A stretch of DNA of 64,000 nucleotides from an uncultured Actinomycetes bacterium. Its GTDB lineage: Bacteria > Actinomycetota > Thermoleophilia > RBG-16-64-13. The notes under the pieces are model-generated. The model ran no database searches, was not told where the DNA came from, and saw nothing but the letters and a program-made list of their open reading frames with translations. Made by a program: the position numbers and the translations under genes. The stretch is from positions 487,111 through 551,110 of the forward strand of contig CAWFCN010000002.1 of NCBI GenBank assembly GCA_963814415.1, given 5' to 3'. Of this stretch, positions 19,435-30,255 are shown piece after piece; within the stretch, counting starts at the first letter, position 1, and each line of letters opens with the position of its first letter.

Positions 19435-20298
19435 CTACCTCTTGAGTGCGAACGTCACCGTCACCGTGGCCGTGACGTCCAGGGTTCCTGCGCTGATAGG
19501 AGTCTCCGCGACGATGCCCGCGAAGTCACCCTTACCTGCAGACGTGTCCGAGTACAAGGGATAGACGGGCGTCTGAACGCCGCTTTCGCTTATCATGACC
19601 ACGTCGCCTAGATCGACTCCCAGAGAATCCGCCAGCGTTTCGGCCTTCTGTCGGGCGTTCTGCGCAGCCTTCTTGAGCGCCTCGGCCACGACTTTCGTGT
19701 CATCTGACAACTGCCAGACCGGTCCAGACACGTTGTTCGCGCCTGCCTCGATGGCAGCTGAGAGTAGCTTGCCCACCAGCTTCGGGTCCGACACGGTCAC
19801 GAGAATACTGTTCATGGCGCGATAGCCGGTCAGTTTCTCCTGACCCGTCTCGGTATAGGTACGGATGGCGTATACGGAGACGTTCGCAGTCTTGATGTCT
19901 TCTTCTTTCACGCCTTCGCGTTTGACACGCTCGACAACCTCGGACACCGACGAGGCGTTCTTGTTCATGGCTGCCGCGGGGTCTTTTCCGTCGCTTTCCA
20001 CGGCCAGCGTGAGAACCGCTTCGTCAGGAGCACTCTTGACCGTCGCGTTGCCGATGACGCTGATAGTGTCGAGAGACGTGGCAACTCCCGAGGTCCCTGG
20101 GACTACAACAGTGCTACGAGGAGAATCCGAGCATCCCAGTAGAGCGAACAAGAGCGTCATAGCCATGATGGCGGCTGCCACGACGATCATGGCGTTCCCT
20201 GCCGCCGAGACCCTTCGAGAGCAGAGGCTGTGCGGCCTCACCGCACGATTCCCTGAAGATTCGCCCCTTGTAGCTTCGTCCGAACTTAACATGAGCAC
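19435..20298 (-). CDS. SIMPL (DUF541) domain protein, membrane anchored
   Basis: N-terminal TM then a SIMPL-like domain (VIGNATVKSAPDEAVLTLAVESDGKD...). Confidence 0.6.
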   Translation of the reverse strand: MLMLSSDEATRGESSGNRAVRPHSLCSRRVSAAGNAMIVVAAAIMAMTLLFALLGCSDSPRSTVVVPGTSGVATSLDTISVIGNATVKSAPDEAVLTLAVESDGKDPAAAMNKNASSVSEVVERVKREGVKEEDIKTANVSVYAIRTYTETGQEKLTGYRAMNSILVTVSDPKLVGKLLSAAIEAGANNVSGPVWQLSDDTKVVAEALKKAAQNARQKAETLADSLGVDLGDVVMISESGVQTPVYPLYSDTSAGKGDFAGIVAETPISAGTLDVTATVTVTFALKR

Positions 20299-20417
20299 CC
20301 CTTTCCACTTAGCACCGGGTTCCGAGTACCAGCGGTCCGACTCCAGCGTCCGCGTGTGATGTGCTCGCCAGACGGGCGGTGCCCGCCTGCGGTTCCGGGT
20401 GAACCGCTCTCAAGTCG

Positions 20418-21306
20418 CTAGGAACGCAGTGCGCGGGCTATGCGACGGAGTTCGCCGTCGTCCTTGAAGGGCACTTCGACGACGCCGCCGGCCCCTCTGC
20501 TCTTCACACTGGCCTCCAGGCCGAAGAGGCCCACGAAAGCCTCTTTCACTTCGTCGACTAAATCATTGTCGAGTGAGAAGGCAGGCTTCTTCGCAACCAC
20601 CTTGGACACGTCGGCCGCGCGTCGCACCTCATCCTCGACCTGCCGCACAGACATCCCTTTTTCGATGGCTTTGCGGGCCAACTGAAGCTGCTTTCCCTTT
20701 TCGGATAGACCGAGAAGTGCACGGCCGTGGCCTTCACTCAAGGAACCGCTGGCGAGAGACTCCTGCACAGCCGCGGGCAGATCCAGCAAGCGCACCTTGT
20801 TGGCGATGGCGGAGCGGCTCTTACCTACCCTCGACGCCAAGTTCTCCTGAGTGACCCCCAGGTCCTCAAGAAGTACTTTGAGGGCATATGCCTCGTCTAC
20901 GGGGTTCAGCTGCTGACGCACGACATTCTCGACGAGGGCGAGTTCTAGGCTCTCTACGTCAGACGCGGTCCTTACAATAGCCGGTATCACGGTGAACCCG
21001 GCCTTCTGAGCGGCTCTCCATCGACGCTCGCCGGCTATCAACTCGTAACCGCCATCGACGGCGCGCACTATCACAGGTTGGACGATTCCAACCGCGGCGA
21101 TCGATGTAGCCAACTCATCCAGGGGGGCTGCATCTATGGCGCGGCGTGGCTGGCGGGGATTCCGGCGAATCTGATTCACCGGAAGGTCCAAGACGCCTAC
21201 CGAGCTGGCTGTCTCATGCTCCGCCGTGGGCTCCGCGCCTTCGAATGAGGCTAGTTCACCATCTTCGCCGAGCAGAGCGGCGAGGCCCCGGCCCAACCCC
21301 GTCTTC

Positions 21307-21314
<8 letters not shown>
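20418..21314 (-). CDS. parB: Chromosome partitioning protein ParB (Spo0J)
   Basis: MAKKTGLGRGLAALL start, ParB box (GERRWRAA) and an HTH. Intact. Confidence 0.85.
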
Positions 21315-22805
<1,491 letters not shown>

Positions 22806-22874
22806 GGGGTGGTCCTTCTCGGTCGTTTGCGGAGGGGGCAGATCGCGCTTGCAGCACAGTGGAACGTTGGCGAT

Positions 22875-22890
22875 TGTTTCACGTGAAACA
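22875..22890. promoter_or_regulatory. parS: parS centromere site, perfect 16-bp palindrome TGTTTCACGTGAAACA
   Basis: Exact match to the consensus parS, in the rsmG-jag intergenic region upstream of the rsmG-parA-parB operon. Confidence 0.7.
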
Positions 22891-23068
22891 TCAACCGCTG
22901 TGGTTTCGTCTCCCTAGAAGACCTAGGCCCCTCGTGGGTCACGCGGCGCCAATGGCCTCATCACTGCCCGCAAGCCAAAGCCACCCTAGGAGCCCCGCGG
23001 GGGCATGGCGCGCGCGCGCCGTGACCCTTGGACTGACCACACCGGCTTCTCCCGCCTAGCGCAGCCAC

Positions 23069-23884
23069 CTACCGAACCGGTGATATGACCACCGCGCGGT
23101 TTGGTTCGCGACCTTCGCTCTCCGTGCTGACATCCGTCCGGTCCCGCAAGGCCAGGTGCACGATCTTCCGCTCGGCCGACGTCATCGGGTTGAGCTGTGC
23201 CGGACGACCCCTCTTGACCACCTCGTCAGCCTTGTGAAGCGCAACTCTCTCGATCTGCTTGCGGCGCCTCTCCTTGTACCCTTCCGCGTCCACTTCCACG
23301 TGCTTCCGGGTCGCTCCTCCGGGGAAGGCGGCTATCCCGGCAAGGTACTCCAAAGCATCCAGCGTCTGGCCCCTGCGACCGATCAGAATGCCCAAGTCGT
23401 CCCCGCTGATATCTACAAGGAAGTCCTCGGCACCTTCGGTCACCCGCACCTGAGCCTTGAGACCCATCCCCCAAAGCACGCGCTCTACGAAGTACCTCAG
23501 GCGGGTCGCCACCGGCTTGTCTGCGGACATGTCGTCCTCAGATCCAGCGTAGCGTCCGCCCCATCCTTCGCGTGGGCCATCGTCGTCTTCCTCTTCGTCG
23601 GCGTAGTCGTCTTCGAGGAGTTCTCCGGGCTGTGTGTCCTTCTCCGGCCCAAAGAAATCAAAGTCCTCCCCTACCAAGGCCACCTCGACCACGGCGTCAA
23701 CCGCGCCCACCCCCATGAAACCTTCCTCGGGCGGGATAACGATGGTCACCTCATACTGGTCGTCGGCAAGCTCGCCCGGGGCGAAGTCCAGTTCCGCAAG
23801 TGCACGTTGTGTAGCCAGCTCCACCGTCCGTCCGCTGGCCCGCGCGACCTGCTGCCTAGCTCTTCTGTCCTTTCCTGTTGGCAC
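23069..23884 (-). CDS. jag: Jag/SpoIIIJ-associated RNA-binding protein (KH + R3H domains)
   Basis: C-terminal R3H motif (LNPMTSAERKIVHLAL), an acidic linker and a Jag_N-like N-terminus. GTG start overlaps the yidC 3' end. Confidence 0.7.
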   Translation of the reverse strand: MPTGKDRRARQQVARASGRTVELATQRALAELDFAPGELADDQYEVTIVIPPEEGFMGVGAVDAVVEVALVGEDFDFFGPEKDTQPGELLEDDYADEEEDDDGPREGWGGRYAGSEDDMSADKPVATRLRYFVERVLWGMGLKAQVRVTEGAEDFLVDISGDDLGILIGRRGQTLDALEYLAGIAAFPGGATRKHVEVDAEGYKERRRKQIERVALHKADEVVKRGRPAQLNPMTSAERKIVHLALRDRTDVSTESEGREPNRAVVISPVR

Positions 23885-24653
23885 CGCTCTTACCTCCGCT
23901 CTTTACCGCCGCCTGTGCAGCGGACTGCTTGCCGCCTCCCTTGGCCTTGGCTTCCTTCGCCTTGTCCTTCTCCAGAATCGCGGCCGCAGCGACCGGCACC
24001 GGCATGATCTTCTCCGCTACGAACTGCTGCGCGACACTCCAGACGTTGGTGGTGAACCAATACAGCATCAGACCAGCCGGCCACTTGTACATGAAGCTGA
24101 ACAGACCAAAGACCAGCGGCAAGACGAAGGCGATGACCCGCTGCTGCCCAGCGCTCTTTCGCCCCATCTGCCACGAGGACGCGAACTGGCTCGCCACGTA
24201 GGCCAGAAGCAGCCACAGATCGAACTTGGTGATGTCTCCGATCCACAACCACGAGACCGGCTGTCCGTGCCAGACCGTGGAGAAGGCGCCCGCGTCAATG
24301 TACGCGTTCACCGACCCTTGGTGCCGCAGCATGTAGTAGAGACCCAAGAACACCGGTAACTGCAGTAGAAGCGGAAGACAAGAGCCGAACGGACTTACCT
24401 TGTTCTCCCTGTAGAACTCCATGACCTTCTGATTCAGGAGAGCCCGGTCGTCCTTGTACTTCTCCTGCAGTAGTTTGAGGTGTGGTTGGAGAGCCTGCAT
24501 CGCCCGCATGCTCTTGATCTGCCTCCAGGTAAGCGGAATCAGCACTATGCGGATGATCACTGTCAGAAGCACTATCGCCCAAGACCAACTTATCCCCAGA
24601 CTCCCGTGAAGGAAGTCGAGTATGCTGAAGAAGAAATTGCTCAGTGTCGTCAT
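23856..24653 (-). CDS. yidC: Membrane protein insertase YidC (short Gram-positive/Oxa1-like form)
   Basis: IIRIVLIPLTWRQIKSMRAMQALQPHLKLLQEKYKDD and five TMs. A TAA stop lies in-frame 2 codons upstream of the ATG. Confidence 0.85.
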   Translation of the reverse strand: MTTLSNFFFSILDFLHGSLGISWSWAIVLLTVIIRIVLIPLTWRQIKSMRAMQALQPHLKLLQEKYKDDRALLNQKVMEFYRENKVSPFGSCLPLLLQLPVFLGLYYMLRHQGSVNAYIDAGAFSTVWHGQPVSWLWIGDITKFDLWLLLAYVASQFASSWQMGRKSAGQQRVIAFVLPLVFGLFSFMYKWPAGLMLYWFTTNVWSVAQQFVAEKIMPVPVAAAAILEKDKAKEAKAKGGGKQSAAQAAVKSGGKSGANRKGQKS

Positions 24654-24954
24654 GCCCGCTTACGCTCCGCCAGTTGTTCCGCAGACGCTTCTCTTCGCGC
24701 CGCGGGCCAGAAACAGCCTTCTGCTTCTCGACCGGGTCGTACCCGCCGTAGCTCAGAGGATTGCACCGCAGCAAGCGCCAGACTGCGAGAACTATGCCGC
24801 GCGCGGCCCCGAACTCACGCACCGCGTCGATCGCGTACTGCGAGCACGACGGATAGTACTTGCAGCGCCTAGGCACCAGGGGAGAAAGCAGCGTCTGATA
24901 ACCCTTCACGCCGGCGATCAACAAGGATCTAATGGGATTCCAATGGTACTTCAC
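24295..24954 (-). CDS. yidD: Membrane protein insertion efficiency factor YidD; the ORF has a ~140-aa C-terminal extension overlapping yidC (possible frameshift or missing stop)
   Basis: The N-terminal 78 aa match YidD (YQTLLSPLVPRRCKYYPSCSQYAIDAVREFG...CNPLSYGGYDPV). The rest is low-complexity and overlaps yidC by ~360 nt in another frame. Confidence 0.55.
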   Translation of the reverse strand: MKYHWNPIRSLLIAGVKGYQTLLSPLVPRRCKYYPSCSQYAIDAVREFGAARGIVLAVWRLLRCNPLSYGGYDPVEKQKAVSGPRREEKRLRNNWRSVSGHDDTEQFLLQHTRLPSRESGDKLVLGDSASDSDHPHSADSAYLEADQEHAGDAGSPTTPQTTAGEVQGRPGSPESEGHGVLQGEQGKSVRLLSSASTAVTGVLGSLLHAAAPRVGERVH

Positions 24955-25349
24955 GTGGTGGGCCGCCGCTCTTGCCCGGAACCAGTCAAAGAGGCCTTAC
25001 CGAATACCTCCACCATCTTCTCCTTCACCGCTCCAAGACCACCCGTCTGGAGCAGCTCGATCATCGGTGTCCGGGCCACGAACACAAGGTCCCACTCACC
25101 CTTGAGAGACTCACTGCACGAACGGAACGCTTCACGCAAGACCCGCTTCACACTGTTCCGCTCAACCGCTCCGCCCAACCGCTTCGAAACAGAGAAACCG
25201 ACCCTCTGGCCGGAGTCCTCGCCCGACACGCTGTTCCCTGGCCGCTCGAAGTAGTATAGAACTAGGTACTTGTTCGCAACACTCCGGCCCGCGCGGTAGA
25301 CGCGGGTGAAGTCCTCAGAGCGCGTCAGCCGGCCTCGGGACCGATTCAC
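24951..25349 (-). CDS. rnpA: Ribonuclease P protein component
   Basis: RnpA motifs (RLTRSEDFTRVY...VGFSVSKRLGGAVERNSVKRVLRE). Confidence 0.85.
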   Translation of the reverse strand: MNRSRGRLTRSEDFTRVYRAGRSVANKYLVLYYFERPGNSVSGEDSGQRVGFSVSKRLGGAVERNSVKRVLREAFRSCSESLKGEWDLVFVARTPMIELLQTGGLGAVKEKMVEVFGKASLTGSGQERRPTT

Positions 25350-25354
25350 ACTGG

Positions 25355-25489
25355 CTAGGCTGACAGCCGCTTACGGCCCTTCAAGCGTCTGCGCTTCAGC
25401 ACGGCACGCCCTGCGCGCGTGCTCATCCGCTCCCTGAAACCATGGGTCTTTTTGCGCTTGCGCTTGTTCGGCTGGTAGGTCCTCTTCAC
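25355..25489 (-). CDS. rpmH: 50S ribosomal protein L34
   Basis: Not in the ORF track (44 aa). Translated by hand as [47 protein letters not shown] start. Confidence 0.85.
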   Translation of the reverse strand: MKRTYQPNKRKRKKTHGFRERMSTRAGRAVLKRRRLKGRKRLSA

Positions 25490-25734
25490 ATTTCCTCACT
25501 TGCGTCCGGACAGCGGTGCTATCACGGCCGGTCGAACGGCACGCTTACACCGACTCTAAGTGCGATCTCCGTCCCCAAGACAGCTTCCTGTCTCACCCGG
25601 GACACCGCTCCGCGAAATGCCTATACGGGCGAGCGCCGCAGTATACCAAGCGTCAGGAGCGCCCGTCAATCGCCCAAACTCGCCACCTGCGGGCCCACAA
25701 TTCCCCCTCACGCTCTAAGCGTACACAGGCCCCC

Positions 25735-26199
25735 TGTGGATACTGTGGAAAGCACTGTCTCCAGCCGCACGATTCGCCTAGGACGCGCCATGCGCCTGTG
25801 GACTGCTACCAATACCCGAACGCCACTGGCGCACCCTATCTGAGCAGCAGCACCCTTCGGCCAGCGGCTATGTTCCCGTCACGCCCCCTCGAGGTTCGTA
25901 CTCCGAACAAACTCGCCATCTCTTGAGTAACCCGAGAAGCGAAGAAACCTACATTACGCAGGCAAACCACAGACACCGAAATGGATTTCCCCATTTTCAA
26001 CAGAAAACTGGGACTATGCGGCCTTACTGTTCCAGGCTTCTCCACGTTTTGCACAGGTGTGGATAGTCCTGTGGATATCCTCCATCTTCGACCTGCAAAC
26101 CTACGGTCTTTGCAACGAGAAACCCTAAGCGCCAAACCCAGACCACAGCCCAAAGCACTGCACTTTCCGCACATCAACTGGTCCAACCCCTGTGGAAAA
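25735..26199. promoter_or_regulatory. oriC: Putative oriC DnaA-box cluster (upstream part of a bipartite origin)
   Basis: Six TGTGGAnAn boxes, all in the same orientation: TGTGGATAC 25735, TGTGGAAAG 25744, TGTGGACTG 25797, TGTGGATAG 26058, TGTGGATAT 26070 and TGTGGAAAA 26191. An AT-richer stretch lies near 25978-26020. Location is the classic rpmH-dnaA interval. Confidence 0.6.
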
Positions 26200-27064
26200 A
26201 CACCCTTCCTCTGGGTACAATGGCGCCGGGGTTCCGACACACAATCTCCTAGCCGATCCGCGAGGCCACTGTCGACCTGTGACCGCTGAAGACTCATCCC
26301 CATCCCGACGCAAACCGGCGCCCGTATCCCACGACGCCCCAACTCCCGGCGACCCGCCGCGTATCGCCGTCTACTCTGATCCTCACTCACCGCCCACGGT
26401 AGTCTCGATCGTAGACAGACAACTCGCGGAGGGTCCGCTGCCCGAACTCATCGAAGCCATCGCGGTCAGAGCCCACACCCTAGCCCAAGAGCAGGGGGGG
26501 CGTCTGCCCCTGGGTGTCTTTCGAGAACTCGTCTCGAATCTGGTCCATGCTTCCTTCGCCGATGTCATCATCACCATCCTGGATAGTGGGAACACCGTTC
26601 GCGTCAGCGACCGTGGACCGGGTATACCCGACAAGCAGGCCGCCCTCCGGCCAGGCTTCACCTCTGCCGACGCGTCCGCCCGCCGCTATATACGGGGCGT
26701 GGGCTCCGGTTTCTCGGTAGTGACCGAGACTTTGCGCACCCTGGGGGGCACGCTCGAGATAGAGGACAACCTCGGGACGGGCACGGTCGTCACCGCGCGT
26801 GTATCGGCCGACAGCAACGACCTTCTCACGCCTACGCCGCTCCCGTCATATAATCTCCCCGAGCGGCAACTCAAGACTCTGCTTCTGACGGTCGAGCTCG
26901 CTCCAGTCGGTCCCACTCGCGTCGCCCAGGAGCTAGGCGTGTCCACCTCAACCGCCTACCGAGACCTTGTCTCCCTGGAAGAGGCGGGCTATGTCGCTTC
27001 TGGAGACTCCGGCCACCGTTCGGTCACAGACCAAGGGTTGGCATATCTGACTAGCGTTCTATAA
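26192..27064 (+). CDS. GHKL/HATPase_c-like ATP-binding protein with a C-terminal winged-helix DNA-binding domain; start uncertain
   Basis: Bergerat-fold motifs (TVRVSDRGPGIP; GVGSGFSVVTETLRTLGGTLEIEDNLGTGTVVTARV) followed by an HTH (TRVAQELGVSTSTAYRDLVSLEEAGYV). The stop lies 15 nt before the dnaA GTG, and the annotated GTG start sits inside a DnaA box. Confidence 0.5.
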   Translation: MEKHPSSGYNGAGVPTHNLLADPRGHCRPVTAEDSSPSRRKPAPVSHDAPTPGDPPRIAVYSDPHSPPTVVSIVDRQLAEGPLPELIEAIAVRAHTLAQEQGGRLPLGVFRELVSNLVHASFADVIITILDSGNTVRVSDRGPGIPDKQAALRPGFTSADASARRYIRGVGSGFSVVTETLRTLGGTLEIEDNLGTGTVVTARVSADSNDLLTPTPLPSYNLPERQLKTLLLTVELAPVGPTRVAQELGVSTSTAYRDLVSLEEAGYVASGDSGHRSVTDQGLAYLTSVL

Positions 27065-27079
27065 GGGCGGGGAGAAGCA

Positions 27080-28576
27080 GTGGTGGAAACAGCAAGCGGA
27101 GACCCGATCTGGGAACAGGCCCTGCGCCTGATCGCCGACCAGGTCAATGAAGGGACCTTCCGCATCTGGTTCGAGCCCACGGTAGGGCTTGGTTTGGCCA
27201 ACGGCACCTACTCTGTGGGGGTCGCTTCCGACTTCGCCCGCGACTGGATCGACTCCCGCTTCAGGACGATAATGTCCGATGCTGTCTCCCAAGTTGTCGG
27301 CCAGCCCACCGCCTTCGACATAGTCGTCTCTCCGGTTCTTTCTCACGCCCCGTCTGTTGACCCATCCGCCGCGTTCACTGCGTCCAACGACCCTCCGGCC
27401 TCGGCCGCTAACCCCCCGGCCTCTCCTGCGCACCAACGCGCGGGGGTTTCTGGGCCCTCTAACAACTCGACCAGGCAGGCTAGCTTCAGACCCGCTGTCG
27501 CCAGTCCCGCATCCGCCTCACCGGCGCACAACAACGACCCGGTCGCGGCCGCCGGCCTCATGGCCAAGAACACCTTTGACAGTTTTGTGGTCGGCCAATC
27601 TAACCGTTTCGCCCACGCCGCTTCCTTGGCGGCTGCCGAGACCCCGGGTACTCAGTACAACCCCTTGTTCATCTACGGAGGCGTCGGCCTCGGCAAGACC
27701 CACCTCCTTCAGGCCATCGGCAACTACGCCCTTCGCAATCACCCCGGCATGAAAGTCCGCTGCCTCTCTGTAGAGACCTTCACAAACGACTTCATCAATT
27801 CTCTTCGTGACGACAGCATCGAGGGGTTCAAGAACAGATACCGCACAATCGATGTGCTCCTCATCGACGACATCCAGTTCCTACAGAAGAAGGAGCAGAC
27901 TCAAGAGGAGTTCTTTCACACCTTCAATGCTCTCTACGACGCTCAGAAGCAGATCGTCATCACTTCTGACAGACCCCCCAAGGGTCTCGCTACGCTCGAA
28001 GACCGTCTCGTCTCCAGGTTCGAGTGGGGACTCATCACGGACATACAACCTCCAGATCTTGAGACTCGGGTTGCGATCCTCCGCAAGAAGGTACGAGCTG
28101 AAGCTATCCCCCTCACCGACGACGACGTCCTTATGCTCATAGCGTCTCGTGTGCCTACGAACATCCGCGAGCTCGAGGGTTGTCTCACCCGCGTGGTCGC
28201 CTTCTCATCCTTCACAAAACGCCCTATCGACGTCCCTCTTGCAAACGAGGTTCTCAAGGACATTCCCGAGACACCCACATCCCGCATCACCATCGACATG
28301 ATCCTCTCGGCCGTTGCGGAATCCACGGGTGTATCTATTACGGAGATAACTGGTGACAAACGCTCGCGGTCGGTTGTCGAAAGCCGCCACCTTGCCATGT
28401 ACTTGACTCGCGAGCTCACCGACGCGAGCCTTCCAAAAATCGGCGACCACATCGGCGGTCGTGACCACACCACTGTCCTTCATGCGGTCGACAAGGTTTC
28501 GAAGCTTCTCCGTGAGGACCGCGACCTATACAACCGTGTCCAGCGTCTCACCGCCAAACTCAAGAGTGCGCGGTGA
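27080..28576 (+). CDS. dnaA: Chromosomal replication initiator protein DnaA
   Basis: Domain I, a long Pro/Ala/Ser-rich domain II, AAA+ Walker A GGVGLGKTHLLQAIGN, sensor motifs and a C-terminal DNA-binding domain. GGGGAGAAG RBS. Confidence 0.95.
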   Translation: MVETASGDPIWEQALRLIADQVNEGTFRIWFEPTVGLGLANGTYSVGVASDFARDWIDSRFRTIMSDAVSQVVGQPTAFDIVVSPVLSHAPSVDPSAAFTASNDPPASAANPPASPAHQRAGVSGPSNNSTRQASFRPAVASPASASPAHNNDPVAAAGLMAKNTFDSFVVGQSNRFAHAASLAAAETPGTQYNPLFIYGGVGLGKTHLLQAIGNYALRNHPGMKVRCLSVETFTNDFINSLRDDSIEGFKNRYRTIDVLLIDDIQFLQKKEQTQEEFFHTFNALYDAQKQIVITSDRPPKGLATLEDRLVSRFEWGLITDIQPPDLETRVAILRKKVRAEAIPLTDDDVLMLIASRVPTNIRELEGCLTRVVAFSSFTKRPIDVPLANEVLKDIPETPTSRITIDMILSAVAESTGVSITEITGDKRSRSVVESRHLAMYLTRELTDASLPKIGDHIGGRDHTTVLHAVDKVSKLLREDRDLYNRVQRLTAKLKSAR

Positions 28577-28685
28577 TCACTTACCCACACCCCCCTGTAG
28601 ATACCCGGTGCACCGAGTGTTCACATCCGGGCCTTCTCGCAGTTCTTCTTTCTGGGCGTCCCACTTCTCCGGACTTCTCCCCATT

Positions 28686-28820
28686 CTCTCCACAGGACGG
28701 TTTTTCCATCTCGTCTTCTCGACCCGCTGTCTCTGCACTCGACAAGCACTCTCCACATCTTCCACAATCCCTATTACACCGACTATATTTCTCACTAGAG
28801 ATTAATAATGGTAATAGCGA
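28686..28820. promoter_or_regulatory. oriC: dnaA-dnaN intergenic origin element: reversed DnaA boxes plus an AT-rich DNA-unwinding-element candidate
   Basis: CTCTCCACA at 28686 and 28749, TCTTCCACA at 28758 (7/9 to TTATCCACA, opposite orientation to the upstream cluster). The AT-rich 35-mer ctatatttctcactagagattaataatggtaatag at 28783-28817 stands out in a 65% GC genome. Confidence 0.5.
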
Positions 28821-28856
28821 GCAGCCTGCCCTCCAACGCAAGACTGAGGAGTCGCG

Positions 28857-29960
28857 ATGAGACTGATCACCACCAAACAAGCCCTGGTCGACTGTCTGGG
28901 GATCGTCGGCAAAGCGGTATCGTCGCGCACATCCATACAGGTGCTTTCAGGCGTGCTCCTCGAAGCGACAGACGAAGGCATCGTCCTGTCAGCCACCGAC
29001 ATGGAGATATCGTTGCGCGCTCCTCTGGCCGGCAAGGTGGAGCGCTCTGGCTCACTCGTGGTCCCAGCTCGTATCGCCGCAGATATTGCGAGAAGTCTTC
29101 CCGTGGGGGAAGTGATTCTTGAGCAGTCCCCGGGTGAGACCCAGATGGAGATCAGGGCCGCCGGCTCTGTCTTCGATCTTCATTCACTACCCGCCAGCGA
29201 CTTTCCACAATTGCCCGTCTGCTTGGGCGACCGGTTCGAAGTGAGCAAGGCTGCCTTCGTGGAGACTGTCGACCGGGTGGCTCCATCGGCCTCCAAGGAT
29301 GAGACTCGCCCGGTCCTCACCGGAGTCCTGATTCAATTCAACAAGACGTCTGTGCGGATGGTCGCCACAGACAGCTATCGCCTCAGCGTCAAAGAGACCC
29401 CACTCCAGTCCTCTGTCGCTTCCTCCGTCGAAGTCATAATCCCCGCGAGGACCCTCCTCGAACTTTCGAGAATCGCCGCCGCGGCGCCCGACGAGACTAT
29501 CTCCATCTTGCCTACCGAGAACCAGATACTCTTTGAGGTCGGTGGCATATCTCTGGTCTCTCGCCTTATCGACGGCCAGTTCCCCAACTACCGCCAGTTG
29601 ATCCCCGAGACGTTTGACCACGAGGTACCCGTCGACCATGACGAACTCCTCGAAGCCGTGCGTCGTGTGGGCCTACTCGCGCAGAAGAACACGCCCATCC
29701 GTATGCGGTTCAGCGACAACACCCTGTCGGTCTCCGCCGAATCTCAAGACGTCGGCAAAGCCAAAGAGACCATCCCCGTCCAGTACACGGCCGAAGAGAT
29801 CGAGATAGGTTTCAACCCAGAGTTTCTCGAAGCGGGTGTCGCCTCTGTCAAGGAGCAGGTCGTCTATCTGCGCTTCATCAGCCCTCTTCGGCCCGGGCTG
29901 GTAAAGGGCGCTGGTGACGACTTCATGTACTTGGTCATGCCCATCAGGCTGAACGACTAG
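28857..29960 (+). CDS. dnaN: DNA polymerase III beta sliding clamp
   Basis: 367 aa with three beta-clamp domains. GAGGAG RBS. Confidence 0.95.
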   Translation: MRLITTKQALVDCLGIVGKAVSSRTSIQVLSGVLLEATDEGIVLSATDMEISLRAPLAGKVERSGSLVVPARIAADIARSLPVGEVILEQSPGETQMEIRAAGSVFDLHSLPASDFPQLPVCLGDRFEVSKAAFVETVDRVAPSASKDETRPVLTGVLIQFNKTSVRMVATDSYRLSVKETPLQSSVASSVEVIIPARTLLELSRIAAAAPDETISILPTENQILFEVGGISLVSRLIDGQFPNYRQLIPETFDHEVPVDHDELLEAVRRVGLLAQKNTPIRMRFSDNTLSVSAESQDVGKAKETIPVQYTAEEIEIGFNPEFLEAGVASVKEQVVYLRFISPLRPGLVKGAGDDFMYLVMPIRLND

Positions 29961-29961
29961 C

Positions 29962-30225
29962 ATGGGCGCGCCTGCCGATCGCTCGTCGGCAGCGCAGCCG
30001 CCCACACCGGTCGCTGTCGAGCTGCCCATCACCCTCGGCCAATTCGTCAAGGTGGCCGGTCTCGCCGGCACCGGAGGAGAGGCCAAGCACCTCGTCCTAT
30101 CCGGTGAGGTCACGGTGAACCAGCAGAGCGAAATGCGCAGGGGACGCAACCTGGTCTTTGGAGACATTGTCGCGGTTGCCGATAGCAGCCCGGTCCTGGT
30201 CGCGCCCGACACAAACAAGGCGTAG
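29962..30225 (+). CDS. S4-domain RNA-binding protein (YaaA-like), between dnaN and recF
   Basis: 87 aa; LGQFVKVAGLAGTGGEAKHLVLSGEVTVN is an S4-like fold. Conserved synteny. Confidence 0.6.
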   Translation: MGAPADRSSAAQPPTPVAVELPITLGQFVKVAGLAGTGGEAKHLVLSGEVTVNQQSEMRRGRNLVFGDIVAVADSSPVLVAPDTNKA

Positions 30226-30255
30226 GCGGGCCCCGTGCTTCTCAGGAAACTGTGC

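Noticed and set aside
25442-26289. ORFs 25442..25843, 25516..25926 and 25981..26289 in the rpmH-dnaA interval
   Set aside because: They overlap rpmH or the DnaA-box cluster and translate to low-complexity peptides. The region is better explained as origin and promoter DNA.
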